Part shown: positions 36,250-45,578 of the stretch, one piece after another | Layout: every line of letters starts with the position of its first letter | Position numbering within the stretch: position 1 is the first letter of the stretch | Assembly (NCBI GenBank): GCA_041481445.1 | Contig: JBGPBV010000020.1 | Coordinates: 288-64,287, forward strand | DNA length: 64,000 nucleotides | Direction of reading: 5' to 3' | From: Vicinamibacteria bacterium | GTDB taxonomy: Bacteria > Acidobacteriota > Vicinamibacteria > Fen-336 | The notes under the pieces: generated by a model | Database searches by the model: none | What the model was told of the DNA's origin: nothing | Seen by the model: the letters and a program-made list of their open reading frames with translations, nothing else | Position numbers and translations under genes: made by a program

Positions 36250-38726
36250 GGGCCCACCGTGATCCGCGACGTGCCCGCCACGGGCACGGCGACAGTACCG
36301 GAAGCAGATGTGGTCATGAGAGCCTCCACGGCGACGATCGCGGCGCCGGGCTTCAGACCCCGGAACGTCATCGTCGCCACTACGCCGGAGCCGGCGGAGC
36401 CGGCCGCCCGCGTGAACTGCACGCGCAGGCGTCCCGTCTCCAGCCCCCGGTTCACCCCCACCGGCGAGCCGTCGAGCGTCAAGAGCGGCCCCGGCGACAC
36501 GTCCTGCGCGTCGAGAAGGGAAGGATCGTAGGTCACGGTCAGGTCGATCCCGCGGAGGTCCTGCGCCCCCATCACCACGACACCGACGGTGCCCGTTCCG
36601 CCCACCGGGATCCGGACCTCGGCCGGAGAGAAGACCGCCGTCGCGCCCCGTGCCGCCGGCCCAGAGGGACCCGCCCCGGCGGGCCCGGACGCGGGCGAAG
36701 AGGGAGGCATCGTAGCAGACGGCCCGGCGCCCGACGAGAGCGGAGACGGCGACGGGCTCGGCGGCGGCGCCACGGGCGGCGTCACGCCCGCGGGCGGGCC
36801 GACGCCGGAGGCGGGCGGGATGTTCGCGGGCACGCCCGGCGGCGGGACGGGCGGAGAGAGCGAGCCGGGTGCGGGAGCGCCGGGCGACGGGGACGGCGCG
36901 GCCGCCGGGGCGACAGGGGCGCCGGGCGCCTGCGGAGACGTGCTCCCGACCGGCGCGAGCTGATCCTCGGGCACGCCGAGAGGCAGCGTCCGCGACGGGT
37001 TCATCTTCGTCAGCTCGCGCGTGCCGATGTAGACCGGCTGCATGTCCGCGGCCGTCACCTTCGGCGCGCGCACGAGATGGGGCGTGAGCGACATGAGGAT
37101 CTCCTGGTCCTCGTGCGTCTTCTTCCTCGAGGTCAGGAACTTGTTCAGGATCGGGATGCTCTGCACGCCGAGGATCCCGGCGAAGGTGTCGGTGTCGGTG
37201 CTGGCGAGCAGGCCGCCCAGGAGGGTGGTCTCGCCGTCGTGCAGGCGCAGCGTGCCGGTGACCTTGCGCGTCAGGAAGGTCGGCACGTTGAGGGGGTTCG
37301 CGCCCGTCCCCACGTTCCGGTCCGCCCCGATGCTCGAGAACTCCGCGTCCATTTCCAGCGAGATGTCGCCGTTGGGGTTGACCCTGGGCGTGATCTCCAG
37401 GTTCACGCCCACGTTCTTGTAGTTGAACGACGTCGCGGGCGCGAACGTGCTCGACCCGGCCTGGGTGGAGGTGAAGGTCGTGACCGGGATCGGGACCTCG
37501 GTGCCGATGCGCAGGCTCGTCTTCTTGCCCTCCGCCGCGCGCAGGCGCGGGTTGGCCAGGAGGCGCCCGGTGTCCTCGTTCTGCAGGAAGCGGACGAGCA
37601 CGGTGGAGGGGATGCTGACCACGAAGTCGGAGACGTTGAGCGACGAGAGCACCTGGGCCCGCACGTTCGTGAAGCCATTGCTGAGCTCACCGGCCGTGCC
37701 CGTGGGCGCGAAGGTCGCCTGGGCGGAGTAGTTCGACAGCTCGATGCCGTATTGCTTGAGCTTGTTGCGGTTGACCTCGAGGATCTCCAGCTCCACCACC
37801 ACCTCCCCCCGGGCCTTGTCGTGCAGGCCCACGATCTTCTCCGCCACCGCCACTTCGTCGGGGGTGCCGAACACGGTCATCGCGCCCAGGGCGGCGTTGG
37901 ACACCACGGTCAGGGTCTGGCTGCCGATGCCGGTCTTGATGAGCGTCTCCATGTCCTTGGTCTCGGCGTTCTCGAGGTAGAACGTGCGCAGCACGCGCTC
38001 GTCGTAGGTCCGCCGCTTGGCCGCCGACTCCGGGATGATGATGATCGTGGTGGTGTCGAGGACCTTGTAGAAGAGCCGGTTCACGAACGTGATGCGGTCC
38101 AGCGCGTCCTTGAAGCTCTCGTTGCGGAGGTCGATCGACACCCCCGTCTTGTCGCGGAAGGACTCGTCGAAGAGGACGTTGACGCCGGCCAGCCGTCCCA
38201 TCGTCTCCAGGATCTTCTGGAGGCTCGCGTTCTCGAACTTGATCGAGATGGGGGCCGTGCTCTGGGGGGAGAGGACGGGCAGGGGCGGAGGCGCCGCCTG
38301 CGCGAGGGCCTTCATCTGGTCGAAGTCGGACAGGCGCTTCTTCTGCGCCTCCTGCTCGCGGATGCGCTCCTGGACCATGACGAGGTCGTCGGCGGCGGAC
38401 TTGTTCCCCGGATCGTAGTTGGCGGCGATCTGCAGCTCCTGCGCCGCCTGGTCGAGCTGGTCGGCCTGGAGATGGCGCCTGGCCGTCTCGTAGTGCTGGC
38501 GGCTGGCCTGGACGCGCGCGTTCTCGAGAGCGATCTTGTAGCCGATGTTGCCGGGATCCTTCTGCAGGGCCTTCGTGAACCGGGCCACGGCCAGGTCCCA
38601 GTTCCCTTTCTTCGCCTCCCCCTCGCCCTGGCGGTAGGCCCAGCGGGAGGCGCAGCCCGCCTGGACGGCGACGGCCAGGGCCAGGATCGCCCACCTCATC
38701 CACGTCGATGGCCGCCTTGGCCCCAT
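36246..38726 (-). CDS. Lipoprotein secretin (GspD/PilQ family) with TPR N-terminus and C-terminal cohesin-like domain, paralog 2
   Basis: Lipobox QAGC; TPR-like helices; NYKNVGVNLEITPRVN; LHDGETTLLGGL; MSLTPHLV; about 110-aa Pro linker; cohesin-like TVTYDPSLL...GSGVVATMTFRGLKPG. TGATG coupling to the upstream gene. Confidence 0.88.
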   Translation of the reverse strand: MGPRRPSTWMRWAILALAVAVQAGCASRWAYRQGEGEAKKGNWDLAVARFTKALQKDPGNIGYKIALENARVQASRQHYETARRHLQADQLDQAAQELQIAANYDPGNKSAADDLVMVQERIREQEAQKKRLSDFDQMKALAQAAPPPLPVLSPQSTAPISIKFENASLQKILETMGRLAGVNVLFDESFRDKTGVSIDLRNESFKDALDRITFVNRLFYKVLDTTTIIIIPESAAKRRTYDERVLRTFYLENAETKDMETLIKTGIGSQTLTVVSNAALGAMTVFGTPDEVAVAEKIVGLHDKARGEVVVELEILEVNRNKLKQYGIELSNYSAQATFAPTGTAGELSNGFTNVRAQVLSSLNVSDFVVSIPSTVLVRFLQNEDTGRLLANPRLRAAEGKKTSLRIGTEVPIPVTTFTSTQAGSSTFAPATSFNYKNVGVNLEITPRVNPNGDISLEMDAEFSSIGADRNVGTGANPLNVPTFLTRKVTGTLRLHDGETTLLGGLLASTDTDTFAGILGVQSIPILNKFLTSRKKTHEDQEILMSLTPHLVRAPKVTAADMQPVYIGTRELTKMNPSRTLPLGVPEDQLAPVGSTSPQAPGAPVAPAAAPSPSPGAPAPGSLSPPVPPPGVPANIPPASGVGPPAGVTPPVAPPPSPSPSPLSSGAGPSATMPPSSPASGPAGAGPSGPAARGATAVFSPAEVRIPVGGTGTVGVVVMGAQDLRGIDLTVTYDPSLLDAQDVSPGPLLTLDGSPVGVNRGLETGRLRVQFTRAAGSAGSGVVATMTFRGLKPGAAIVAVEALMTTSASGTVAVPVAGTSRITVGP

Positions 38727-39292
38727 CAGTTCCCCTTGAGCGGGATCCGGCGCACGTGCTCCGAACCCACCTCCTGGACGTCCACCGATTCCAGCCCGAT
38801 GCGGACCACGCGATACCGGTTGGCCACCACCTCGCCCGCCTGCGCGGTGAGCACTTCCTTGTGATCGGTCATCAAGACCGCCACCTTGAGGCCCTTCCGC
38901 CCTTCGAACGCGCCAATGTACTTGAGGTTCATCGGGGGCAGGGGCGGCGGGGTGGGGGGCGCGACCACGGGCGGGGGCGTGGCCGCGTCCTCCTCCGCCT
39001 GCGCCCTGGCCACGCTGGATCCCGGCGGAGGGGGTGGTGGAGGCGGAGGCGTGGCGAAGTCGAAGAGGTCGCGCTTCCCGATGCCCGAGTCCGGGCGCGG
39101 CCGCTCGAGCCGCGCGAGGTCGATGCGCGGGACGTCCGGCTCGCGCTTGACTCCCGGGCGCGCGCCCGTCGTGGCCGCGGGCGCGGTGGGCACGGCGGCG
39201 GGCGTCGTCTCGCGGAAGACGGCCCAGCCCACGGAGAGGAGCGCCGCCACCGCCACCGCGGGGACGACCCACCGGCGGCCCTTGATCACCAT
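38726..39292 (-). CDS. PilP/GspC-like membrane-anchored protein
   Basis: N-terminal TM, KRDLFDF, poly-Pro, LKYIG...VAVL...AQAGEVVANRYRVVRIG; lies directly before the secretin. Confidence 0.7.
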   Translation of the reverse strand: MVIKGRRWVVPAVAVAALLSVGWAVFRETTPAAVPTAPAATTGARPGVKREPDVPRIDLARLERPRPDSGIGKRDLFDFATPPPPPPPPPGSSVARAQAEEDAATPPPVVAPPTPPPLPPMNLKYIGAFEGRKGLKVAVLMTDHKEVLTAQAGEVVANRYRVVRIGLESVDVQEVGSEHVRRIPLKGN

Positions 39293-39735
39293 TCGTTGTA
39301 GGCCGTTCCCTTGAGGGAGGTCGCCGCGGAGGCGCTCTTGACGTCGTAGATGCCGGACTGGGCGGTGGGGTCGTCCGGGTCCGGCTCCGCGTTCACGACC
39401 TCCCAGTCCGCCTGTCCGGTCATGGGGTCCGCGGGGATCTTGCGCAGGTAGCCCTGTTCCTTGAGCTCGTCGAGCGACGTCGGGTAGCGCCCCTTGTCCG
39501 CGTAGAACTGGTCGATCACGTCGCGGAAGAGGAACAGGTCCTGGGCGAGGGTGGCCTCCTTGGCCCCGATGATGGCCGCCTTGTAGTTGGGCAGCGCCAC
39601 CGCGGCCAGGATGCCGACGATCATCACGACGGTCATCAGCTCGAGCAACGTGAAACCCTGCTCTTGCAGGCAGCGGGTGCGGCGCAGCACCCGTTGCGCC
39701 ACCGCTGACCGGCACCTTCGCGTTGCGCTCACCAT
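39286..39735 (-). CDS. GspG-like prepilin (N-methylation motif)
   Basis: QG|FTLLELMTVVMIVGILAAVALP, KEATL, DQFYADKGRYPTSLDEL, YLRKIPADPMT. Confidence 0.9.
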   Translation of the reverse strand: MVSATRRCRSAVAQRVLRRTRCLQEQGFTLLELMTVVMIVGILAAVALPNYKAAIIGAKEATLAQDLFLFRDVIDQFYADKGRYPTSLDELKEQGYLRKIPADPMTGQADWEVVNAEPDPDDPTAQSGIYDVKSASAATSLKGTAYNEW

Positions 39736-40190
39736 GCCCTGTACTTCGTCCCGTCCAGGCCCTTGCCCTCGCTGAGCGAGTAGACGTCCCAGACGTTCTC
39801 CCCGCACCAGCTCGTGTCGTCGGGATCGTCCTGGTAGCAGCGCTTGCCCCATTCCGCCTTCCCCGTCATCGGGTCGAAAGGGACGCTGCGGAGGAACTTG
39901 AGCTTGCTGTCGATCTTGCCCACCTGGCTCACGCCCTTGACGAGCACGTCGAGGTCCTTGGGATACCCCTCGCTGCCCACCTGGACGTCGGTCCCGCCGA
40001 TCCGCCCCTGCCTCACCGCATCATGGTAGCCGTCCAGGGCCGTGCGCAGGATCCGCAGCGTGCGACGCAGCTCGATCTCCTTCTGGCGCTTTCGGACCAC
40101 CTTGGCGGTGGGAAGGATCGCGGTGGCGAGGATCATGAGGACCGCCATCGTGGCCAGCAGCTCGAAGTAGGTGAACCCCCGGGGCTTCAA
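39729..40190 (-). CDS. GspG-like prepilin (N-methylation motif)
   Basis: RG|FTYFELLATMAVLMILA, QKEIELRRTLRILRTALDGY, YPKDLDVLV, FLRSVPFDPMT, GTKYRAW. Confidence 0.9.
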   Translation of the reverse strand: MKPRGFTYFELLATMAVLMILATAILPTAKVVRKRQKEIELRRTLRILRTALDGYHDAVRQGRIGGTDVQVGSEGYPKDLDVLVKGVSQVGKIDSKLKFLRSVPFDPMTGKAEWGKRCYQDDPDDTSWCGENVWDVYSLSEGKGLDGTKYRAW

Positions 40191-40768
40191 CGAGTCTCCT
40201 CCCCCGCCCGGGCCCCGGTCGCGTCCGTGGCCGGCGTGCGATAGAAGGCGGTCATCGCGAGGTCGAGGTCGGCTTCGCCGCCGCTGGCCCGCTTGCGGAA
40301 CTGGATCTGGTCGACGGTGACGAAGTAGGAGGACCGCTCCAGGCGTTCGAGGAAGGCGGCCAGCTCGTGGTAGGTGCCCGAGACGGGCATGTGGACCTGA
40401 AGCAGGGAGACGCCCTCCCCGCCCTTCACGTCCTCCGGGGTATACGTGAAGCCCCCGACCTTCAGACCCAGCTCCCGGGCCAGCGCCGTGATCTCCGCGC
40501 GCACCTGCGACAGCGTCGCCTTGGGCCCGAGGCGGGCGTAGAAGCGCCCTACGTCCGCCTGGTTGGAGCGCATGGTGTCGGCCCGGCCGCGCAGGGCCTC
40601 GGTGATGCGGCGGTCCCTCTCCACCTCGTCGCGCAGGACCTGCAGGCGCGCGGCCGCGCTCCGCTCCCGCAGGGACCGCGGCATCGTGTAGGAGAAATAG
40701 ACGCCCGCGTTGAGCATGACCAGGACGAGCAACGGGACCTTCAGGCGGTCGCGCCAGCGACGCCTCAC
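40187..40768 (-). CDS. PilO/GspM-like protein
   Basis: One TM, coiled coil, PVSGTYHELAAFLERLERSSYFVTVDQI. Confidence 0.8.
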   Translation of the reverse strand: MRRRWRDRLKVPLLVLVMLNAGVYFSYTMPRSLRERSAAARLQVLRDEVERDRRITEALRGRADTMRSNQADVGRFYARLGPKATLSQVRAEITALARELGLKVGGFTYTPEDVKGGEGVSLLQVHMPVSGTYHELAAFLERLERSSYFVTVDQIQFRKRASGGEADLDLAMTAFYRTPATDATGARAGEETR

Positions 40769-41658
40769 GAGGAGACCCCCGAGGGCACCGAGCGCCGGGG
40801 CCGGACGCCGGACGGAGTCATGGGCAGCACGGGCGGCGTGATCGCGTGCGAGGGGGCGGCCACCGGCGGCGCGGCCGCGCCTCCGACCGGCGGGACCGCT
40901 CCTCCCGCCGGCGGGACCGCGTCCGCCGCGGGCGGAGCGGCTCCTCCCGCGGGCGGCCGGCGCAGCGGGGCCACACCCGCGGTGGCCGGAGCGCCCTCCG
41001 ACGGCACGCCCTCCGTCGCGGCGGGGGCGCCCTGCGTCGCCAACGGGACCTCGGCCTCGTCGGATGGGGCCGCTTCGGTTGCGGGCGCGGCGGAGCCCGC
41101 CGGCGGCGGACCTTCCGCCGTCACCGTGGCCGGCCGGTACCGCATCGTGTAGTGGAACTCGCCGTTCTCGCCCTCGCTGAGGGGGAACACGGTGTCGAAG
41201 CTCCCCCCTTCCTCGAGGGCGCGCATGAACTGCCACCCGACCTCGGGCGAGCGCACCATCGCCTGCACGTCGAGCGCGATCTCGCCCTGGTGCACGGCGG
41301 GCGCGATCGACACGAGGCGGGCCCCGTCGGGCAGCCTCTCCTCCAGGCGCGCGAACAGCCCCGTCCACGAGAACGCGCGGCGGTACACGAGGTCCTTGAC
41401 CACCAGCCAGCGCGCGAGGGCCTTGGGCTCCGGGTTCAGGTTGCGCAGGCTCGCCTGCTCGGCCCGCAGGCTGGCCGAGGCCTTCTCGAGCTGCAAGACC
41501 TCGTCGTGCAGGGCCGAGGTGCGCCGGGGCAGCAGGGCCCGTACCACGAGGGCGTGGCGCGCGGTGAGCGCGAGCACGGCCACGGTCGCGACCGCGAAGA
41601 TGAGGTTGGGCAGCCGCTCGTTGCGGAACGGACGGCGCGCGAGGTTGGCCGGCCTCAT
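40765..41658 (-). CDS. PilN-like protein with a long Pro/Ala tail
   Basis: NLARRPFRNER, TM, coiled coil, RRAFSWTGLFARLEERLPDGARLVSIAP. Confidence 0.8.
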   Translation of the reverse strand: MRPANLARRPFRNERLPNLIFAVATVAVLALTARHALVVRALLPRRTSALHDEVLQLEKASASLRAEQASLRNLNPEPKALARWLVVKDLVYRRAFSWTGLFARLEERLPDGARLVSIAPAVHQGEIALDVQAMVRSPEVGWQFMRALEEGGSFDTVFPLSEGENGEFHYTMRYRPATVTAEGPPPAGSAAPATEAAPSDEAEVPLATQGAPAATEGVPSEGAPATAGVAPLRRPPAGGAAPPAADAVPPAGGAVPPVGGAAAPPVAAPSHAITPPVLPMTPSGVRPRRSVPSGVSS

Positions 41659-42638
41659 GCCGGCGCTCCCAGGCAGGCGGCCGCCCCCGCCAGCGCGTGA
41701 GCCGCCGGTCCGGGATCGGGGGTGCCGAGCACGCGCCAGGGGTCGACCGGCTCCGGCCGCACCCCCAGCGGCGGCTCCAGCACCGCCGCCGCCTCGTCCG
41801 GAGGGAGCGCGGTCACACGGAACAGGACCTGCTCCAGGCCGGGGCTGCCCAGCCGCTCGCGGGCGTACACGAGGGTCTGCGCGGCCTCCCGGGCCACTTC
41901 CGCGGGCGAGTTCACGATCGCGCCGGTCAGCGTCCGCGCGAGCACGGGCCAGCCGTGCCGCACCAGGACGAGGGTGGCGTAGCCCTCGTCCCAGTTCACG
42001 AGGAGCCGGTCGCCCCCCGATTCCGGACCGAAGGCGGAGCGGCACAGGGCCAGCGCGCTCAGCTCGACCAGGCCGGGCTCGAGGCCCACCGAGAGGCACA
42101 CCTCCTCGTAGGCCTCGACCACGCTGCCGAGCGCGGCCACCGCCACCAGCGCGTCTCCCGCGCGCGGCGAGCGGACGTGGGCGACACGCGCCTCGCGCAC
42201 GTCGAAGGGCAGCGATTTCCGGAGGCGGAAGCGGACGAGCTCGTCCAGCTCCGAGGCGCGCGCGGCCTGGAACTCGGCGGGGGGGACGAGGGCGACCCGG
42301 CCCACGGGATCGGGCAGCACGAGGGCCACCGGCGCCCCGCCCAGGACCCCCGCCCGCTCGAGCGCGCCCCGCAGCGCGGTCCGGAAGCGGTCAGGGTCGG
42401 CCAGGTTGTCCTGGGTCAGGGAGGGCTGGAGGACGCCCGGGGGCAGCTCCACGACGGCGGCCGCGGCCAGCGCGATCGCCCGTTTCTCGCGGCGCAGGCG
42501 GACCACGCCGATCCCGCCCGGCCGCACCTCGACCGCCACCTGGGGACGCTCGGGCTCGAGCAGGCTCCGCCAGGCGCGGGCGGCGAGGCCGGCCACGGCG
42601 GGGCGGCCCGAGGACAGGACGGGCGGCGCCGCCGTCAC
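41655..42638 (-). CDS. PilM/GspL-like cytoplasmic alignment protein
   Basis: VALVLPD, VRFRLRKSLPFD, YEEVCLSVGLEPGLV; lies between the ATPase and pilN. Confidence 0.75.
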   Translation of the reverse strand: MTAAPPVLSSGRPAVAGLAARAWRSLLEPERPQVAVEVRPGGIGVVRLRREKRAIALAAAAVVELPPGVLQPSLTQDNLADPDRFRTALRGALERAGVLGGAPVALVLPDPVGRVALVPPAEFQAARASELDELVRFRLRKSLPFDVREARVAHVRSPRAGDALVAVAALGSVVEAYEEVCLSVGLEPGLVELSALALCRSAFGPESGGDRLLVNWDEGYATLVLVRHGWPVLARTLTGAIVNSPAEVAREAAQTLVYARERLGSPGLEQVLFRVTALPPDEAAAVLEPPLGVRPEPVDPWRVLGTPDPGPAAHALAGAAACLGAPA

Positions 42639-44266
42639 CCCACCTCCACGAACGTCACCTTGTTGATCTCGTGGAGGGTGGTGTGCCCAGCCAGGGCCTT
42701 GTTCACGGCCGACTCGCGCAGGAAGACCATCCCCTCCTCGCGCGCCGCCCGCTTGATCTCGGCGCTGGAGCGGCGGGCCAGGATCAGCTCGCGCACGTTG
42801 TCGCTGAGGTCGAGCAGCTCGGAGATGGCCATGCGGCCCTTGTACCCGGTCCCGCCGCACTCCAGGCAGCCCGCCCCTTCGTAGAACCAGACGTCGCCGT
42901 AGGTGGCGGGGTTGAGGCCGGACTCGGTGAGCATCTGCGGGCTCGCCCGCACCTTGCGCTTGCAGTGCAGGCAGATGGTGCGCACCAGGCGCTGGGCCTG
43001 CACGCAGTTGAGGGCGGACACGAAGTTGTAGGGCTCGATCTTCATGTTGAGGAAGCGGCCCAGCACGTCGATGACGTTGTTGGCGTGGACGGTCGTGAAG
43101 ACGAGGTGGCCGGTGAGGGCGGACTGGATCGCGATGTCCGCCGTCTCCGCGTCGCGGATCTCCCCCACCATGATCTTGTCGGGGTCGTGGCGCAGGATCG
43201 AGCGCAGGCCGCGGGCGAAGGTCAGCCCCTTCTTCTCGTTCACCGGGATCTGGGTGATGCCCTTGAGCTGGTACTCGACGGGGTCCTCGATGGTGATGAT
43301 CTTGTCCTCTTCGCTCTTGATCTCGCTCAGCGCGGCGTAGAGGGTGGTGGTCTTGCCGGAGCCGGTGGGCCCGGTCACCAGCACCATCCCATACGGCTCG
43401 CGGATGAAGCGCCGGAAGCGCGCCATCTCCTTCTCGTCGAAGCCGAGGACGTCGAGGCGCAGCGAGGTGAACTGCTCGGACAGGCTCTCCTTGTCCAGGA
43501 TGCGGATGACCGCGTCCTCGCCGTGCACGGAGGGCATGATCGAGACGCGGAAGTCGATCGACCGGCCGCGGATCTTCACCCGGAAGCGGCCGTCCTGGGG
43601 CACGCGCTTCTCCGCGATGTCCAGCTCGGCCATGACCTTGATGCGGCTGATGATCGTGGCGTGGTGCTCCTTGGCGATCGGCTTCATGGCCGGCTGGAGC
43701 ACCCCGTCGATGCGGTACTTGATCACGACCTCGGTGTCGCGGGTCTCGATGTGGATGTCGGAGGCGCGGCGGTTGAGGGCGTCGAACACCGCAGAGTCGA
43801 TGAGGCGGATGATCGGCGAGGCGTCGGCTTGGATCTTGTCGATGGAGAGGACGTCCTCCCCGTTGTCGTCGTCGCGGAGGATCTGGATCTTGAAGGACTC
43901 CGAGGCCTCCTCCAGGACCCGCGTGGTGCCCGAGCCGCGCTTGAGGGCCTCCCCGATCGCCGTGGGCGTACCCACCGCGGGCTGGATGGGGGTCTGGAGC
44001 AGCAGGCTCAGGTCGTCCACCACCGTGATGTCGGTGGGGTCGGCCATCACGAGCACGAGGCGGCCGTTCTCGCGCCGGTAGGGCAGGAAGTTGTAGCGGA
44101 ACATCAGCTCGACGGGCACCGACTGCAGGATCTCGGGGTCGGGGGCGAAGGAGCCCACGTCCACGTACTCGAGCCCGTAGCGGGTGGCCAGGGCGCGGGC
44201 CGCCTCCTCCTCGGAGGCGCCGCCAACCGCGCCCGGCACCGTCGGGATGCGGACGGGATCCGCCAT
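42635..44266 (-). CDS. GspE/PilB-family assembly ATPase
   Basis: ASDIHIE, LDIAEKRVPQDGR, Walker A GPTGSGKTT, TIEDPVE, LRHDPDKIMVGEIRD, TGHLVFTTVH, Zn motif CLHC...CLEC. Confidence 0.95.
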   Translation of the reverse strand: MADPVRIPTVPGAVGGASEEEAARALATRYGLEYVDVGSFAPDPEILQSVPVELMFRYNFLPYRRENGRLVLVMADPTDITVVDDLSLLLQTPIQPAVGTPTAIGEALKRGSGTTRVLEEASESFKIQILRDDDNGEDVLSIDKIQADASPIIRLIDSAVFDALNRRASDIHIETRDTEVVIKYRIDGVLQPAMKPIAKEHHATIISRIKVMAELDIAEKRVPQDGRFRVKIRGRSIDFRVSIMPSVHGEDAVIRILDKESLSEQFTSLRLDVLGFDEKEMARFRRFIREPYGMVLVTGPTGSGKTTTLYAALSEIKSEEDKIITIEDPVEYQLKGITQIPVNEKKGLTFARGLRSILRHDPDKIMVGEIRDAETADIAIQSALTGHLVFTTVHANNVIDVLGRFLNMKIEPYNFVSALNCVQAQRLVRTICLHCKRKVRASPQMLTESGLNPATYGDVWFYEGAGCLECGGTGYKGRMAISELLDLSDNVRELILARRSSAEIKRAAREEGMVFLRESAVNKALAGHTTLHEINKVTFVEVG

Positions 44267-44270
44267 CTCT

Positions 44271-45482
44271 TTAGACCCCCTGCCGCTCGACGCCGCCGAT
44301 GGCCTCGAACAGCGGCAGGTAGAAGGCCAGGAGCATGGCGGCCACGACGAAGGCCATGAACACGAGCAGGACCGGCTCCACGAGCGACAGCACCTTGGCC
44401 ATGCTCGTCTCCATCTCCTCGTCGTAGAAGTCGGCCACGGAGTTGAGCATTTCCCCCAGCGCGCCCGTCTGTTCGCCCACCTTCACCATCTCGAGGGTCA
44501 GCTGGTCCATCATCCCCGTCGACTCGAGCGCGTTGGTCAGACTCCGCCCCTCGCGGATCTGGTGCGTCGCTCCGGATACAGCCGCGGCGATGGCCTTATT
44601 CCCGATCGAGTTCCCGGCCACCTCGAGGGCGTTGAGGAGGGGCAGTCCACCCTGGAGCAGGGCGGAGAGCGTCCGCGCGAGCTGGCTGGTCGCATACATC
44701 TGCATCAGGCGGCCGAAATACGGCAGCGCGAGGAGGAAACGGTTGATCGTGATCGCGGAGCCCTCCCGCCGCGCCCAGGCCTTGAAGCCCAGCCAGGACC
44801 CCACCACGGCCAGGACCACCCAGAACAGGTTCCGCTTGAAACCGAGGGCGATCGCCATCAGGACACGCGTGACCAGCGGCAGCTCCAGGTCCATGCCGTT
44901 GTAGAAGTCCTGGAACTGCGGGATCACCTTCAGGAGCATGACCGCGAGCAGCACCCCCATCATGACGAACAGCATGATCGGGTAGACGGAGGCGGCGATG
45001 GCCCGCTTGCGGAGCGCGTTCGTGAGGCGCAGGTACTGGCCCAGCCGCCGCAGGACTCCCTCCAGGTTGCCGCTGCGCTCCCCGGCGATCAGGCTCGCGG
45101 ACAGGATCGGCGGGTAGAGCTGGCCTTCGGCCTTGAAGGCGTCGGAGAGGGCTACCCCCGACTTCACCTTCTCCCGGATCGTCTCCAGCGACCGCTTGAA
45201 GGTCGGCTCCTGCTGCCGCTCGAGCATGATGTCAAGGGACTGGACCAGGGGCAGCCCGGCCTTGAGCAGCGCGGCCAGCTCCTGGGTGAAGGTGAGCAGC
45301 CGCTCGGTCGGGATGTGGGGCCGGCGCAGGCCCAGGTCGCGGAGGCCGAACCCGCGGCGGACGGAGAAGAGGTAGTACCCCTTCTGCTCGAGGTCCGTGC
45401 GGAGGGCGGACTCGTCCGGGGCGGAGAACGTCTGCTCCACCACTTCCCCCGACGGCGTGCCGACCTTGCAGACGTAGTCCAT
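44271..45482 (-). CDS. GspF/PilC-family inner-membrane platform protein
   Basis: FTQELAALLKAGLPL, AGERSGNL, KVGEQTGAL, LSLVEP, YLPLF. Confidence 0.93.
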   Translation of the reverse strand: MDYVCKVGTPSGEVVEQTFSAPDESALRTDLEQKGYYLFSVRRGFGLRDLGLRRPHIPTERLLTFTQELAALLKAGLPLVQSLDIMLERQQEPTFKRSLETIREKVKSGVALSDAFKAEGQLYPPILSASLIAGERSGNLEGVLRRLGQYLRLTNALRKRAIAASVYPIMLFVMMGVLLAVMLLKVIPQFQDFYNGMDLELPLVTRVLMAIALGFKRNLFWVVLAVVGSWLGFKAWARREGSAITINRFLLALPYFGRLMQMYATSQLARTLSALLQGGLPLLNALEVAGNSIGNKAIAAAVSGATHQIREGRSLTNALESTGMMDQLTLEMVKVGEQTGALGEMLNSVADFYDEEMETSMAKVLSLVEPVLLVFMAFVVAAMLLAFYLPLFEAIGGVERQGV

Positions 45483-45512
45483 GCGCTCCGGCCCCCGAGG
45501 GGCCGATCGTCT

Positions 45513-45540
45513 AATTTAACAGGCCGCAGCCAAGATCCAA
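45513..45540 (-). promoter_or_regulatory. Putative sigma70 promoter of the pilus-like operon
   Basis: Minus strand TTGGAT-N16-TAAATT with an extended TG, in an AT-richer 96-bp gap. Confidence 0.45.
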
Positions 45541-45578
45541 AACTGCAACGACTTGCGGCCAGCCGCCCCGCTGTCGGG

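Noticed and set aside
40850-40960. About 21-nt imperfect repeats in the pilN tail (PPAGGAA/PPAGGAV)
   Set aside because: Degenerate coding repeats within a low-complexity tail; no sign of a separate element.
44050-44266. c-di-GMP-binding MshEN motif in the assembly ATPase
   Set aside because: The N-terminus is short and has no RLGxxL repeat.
45543-45563. Sigma54 promoter for the pilus-like operon (minus strand TGGCCGCAAGTCGTTGC)
   Set aside because: GG-to-GC spacing is 12 nt, not the required 10.
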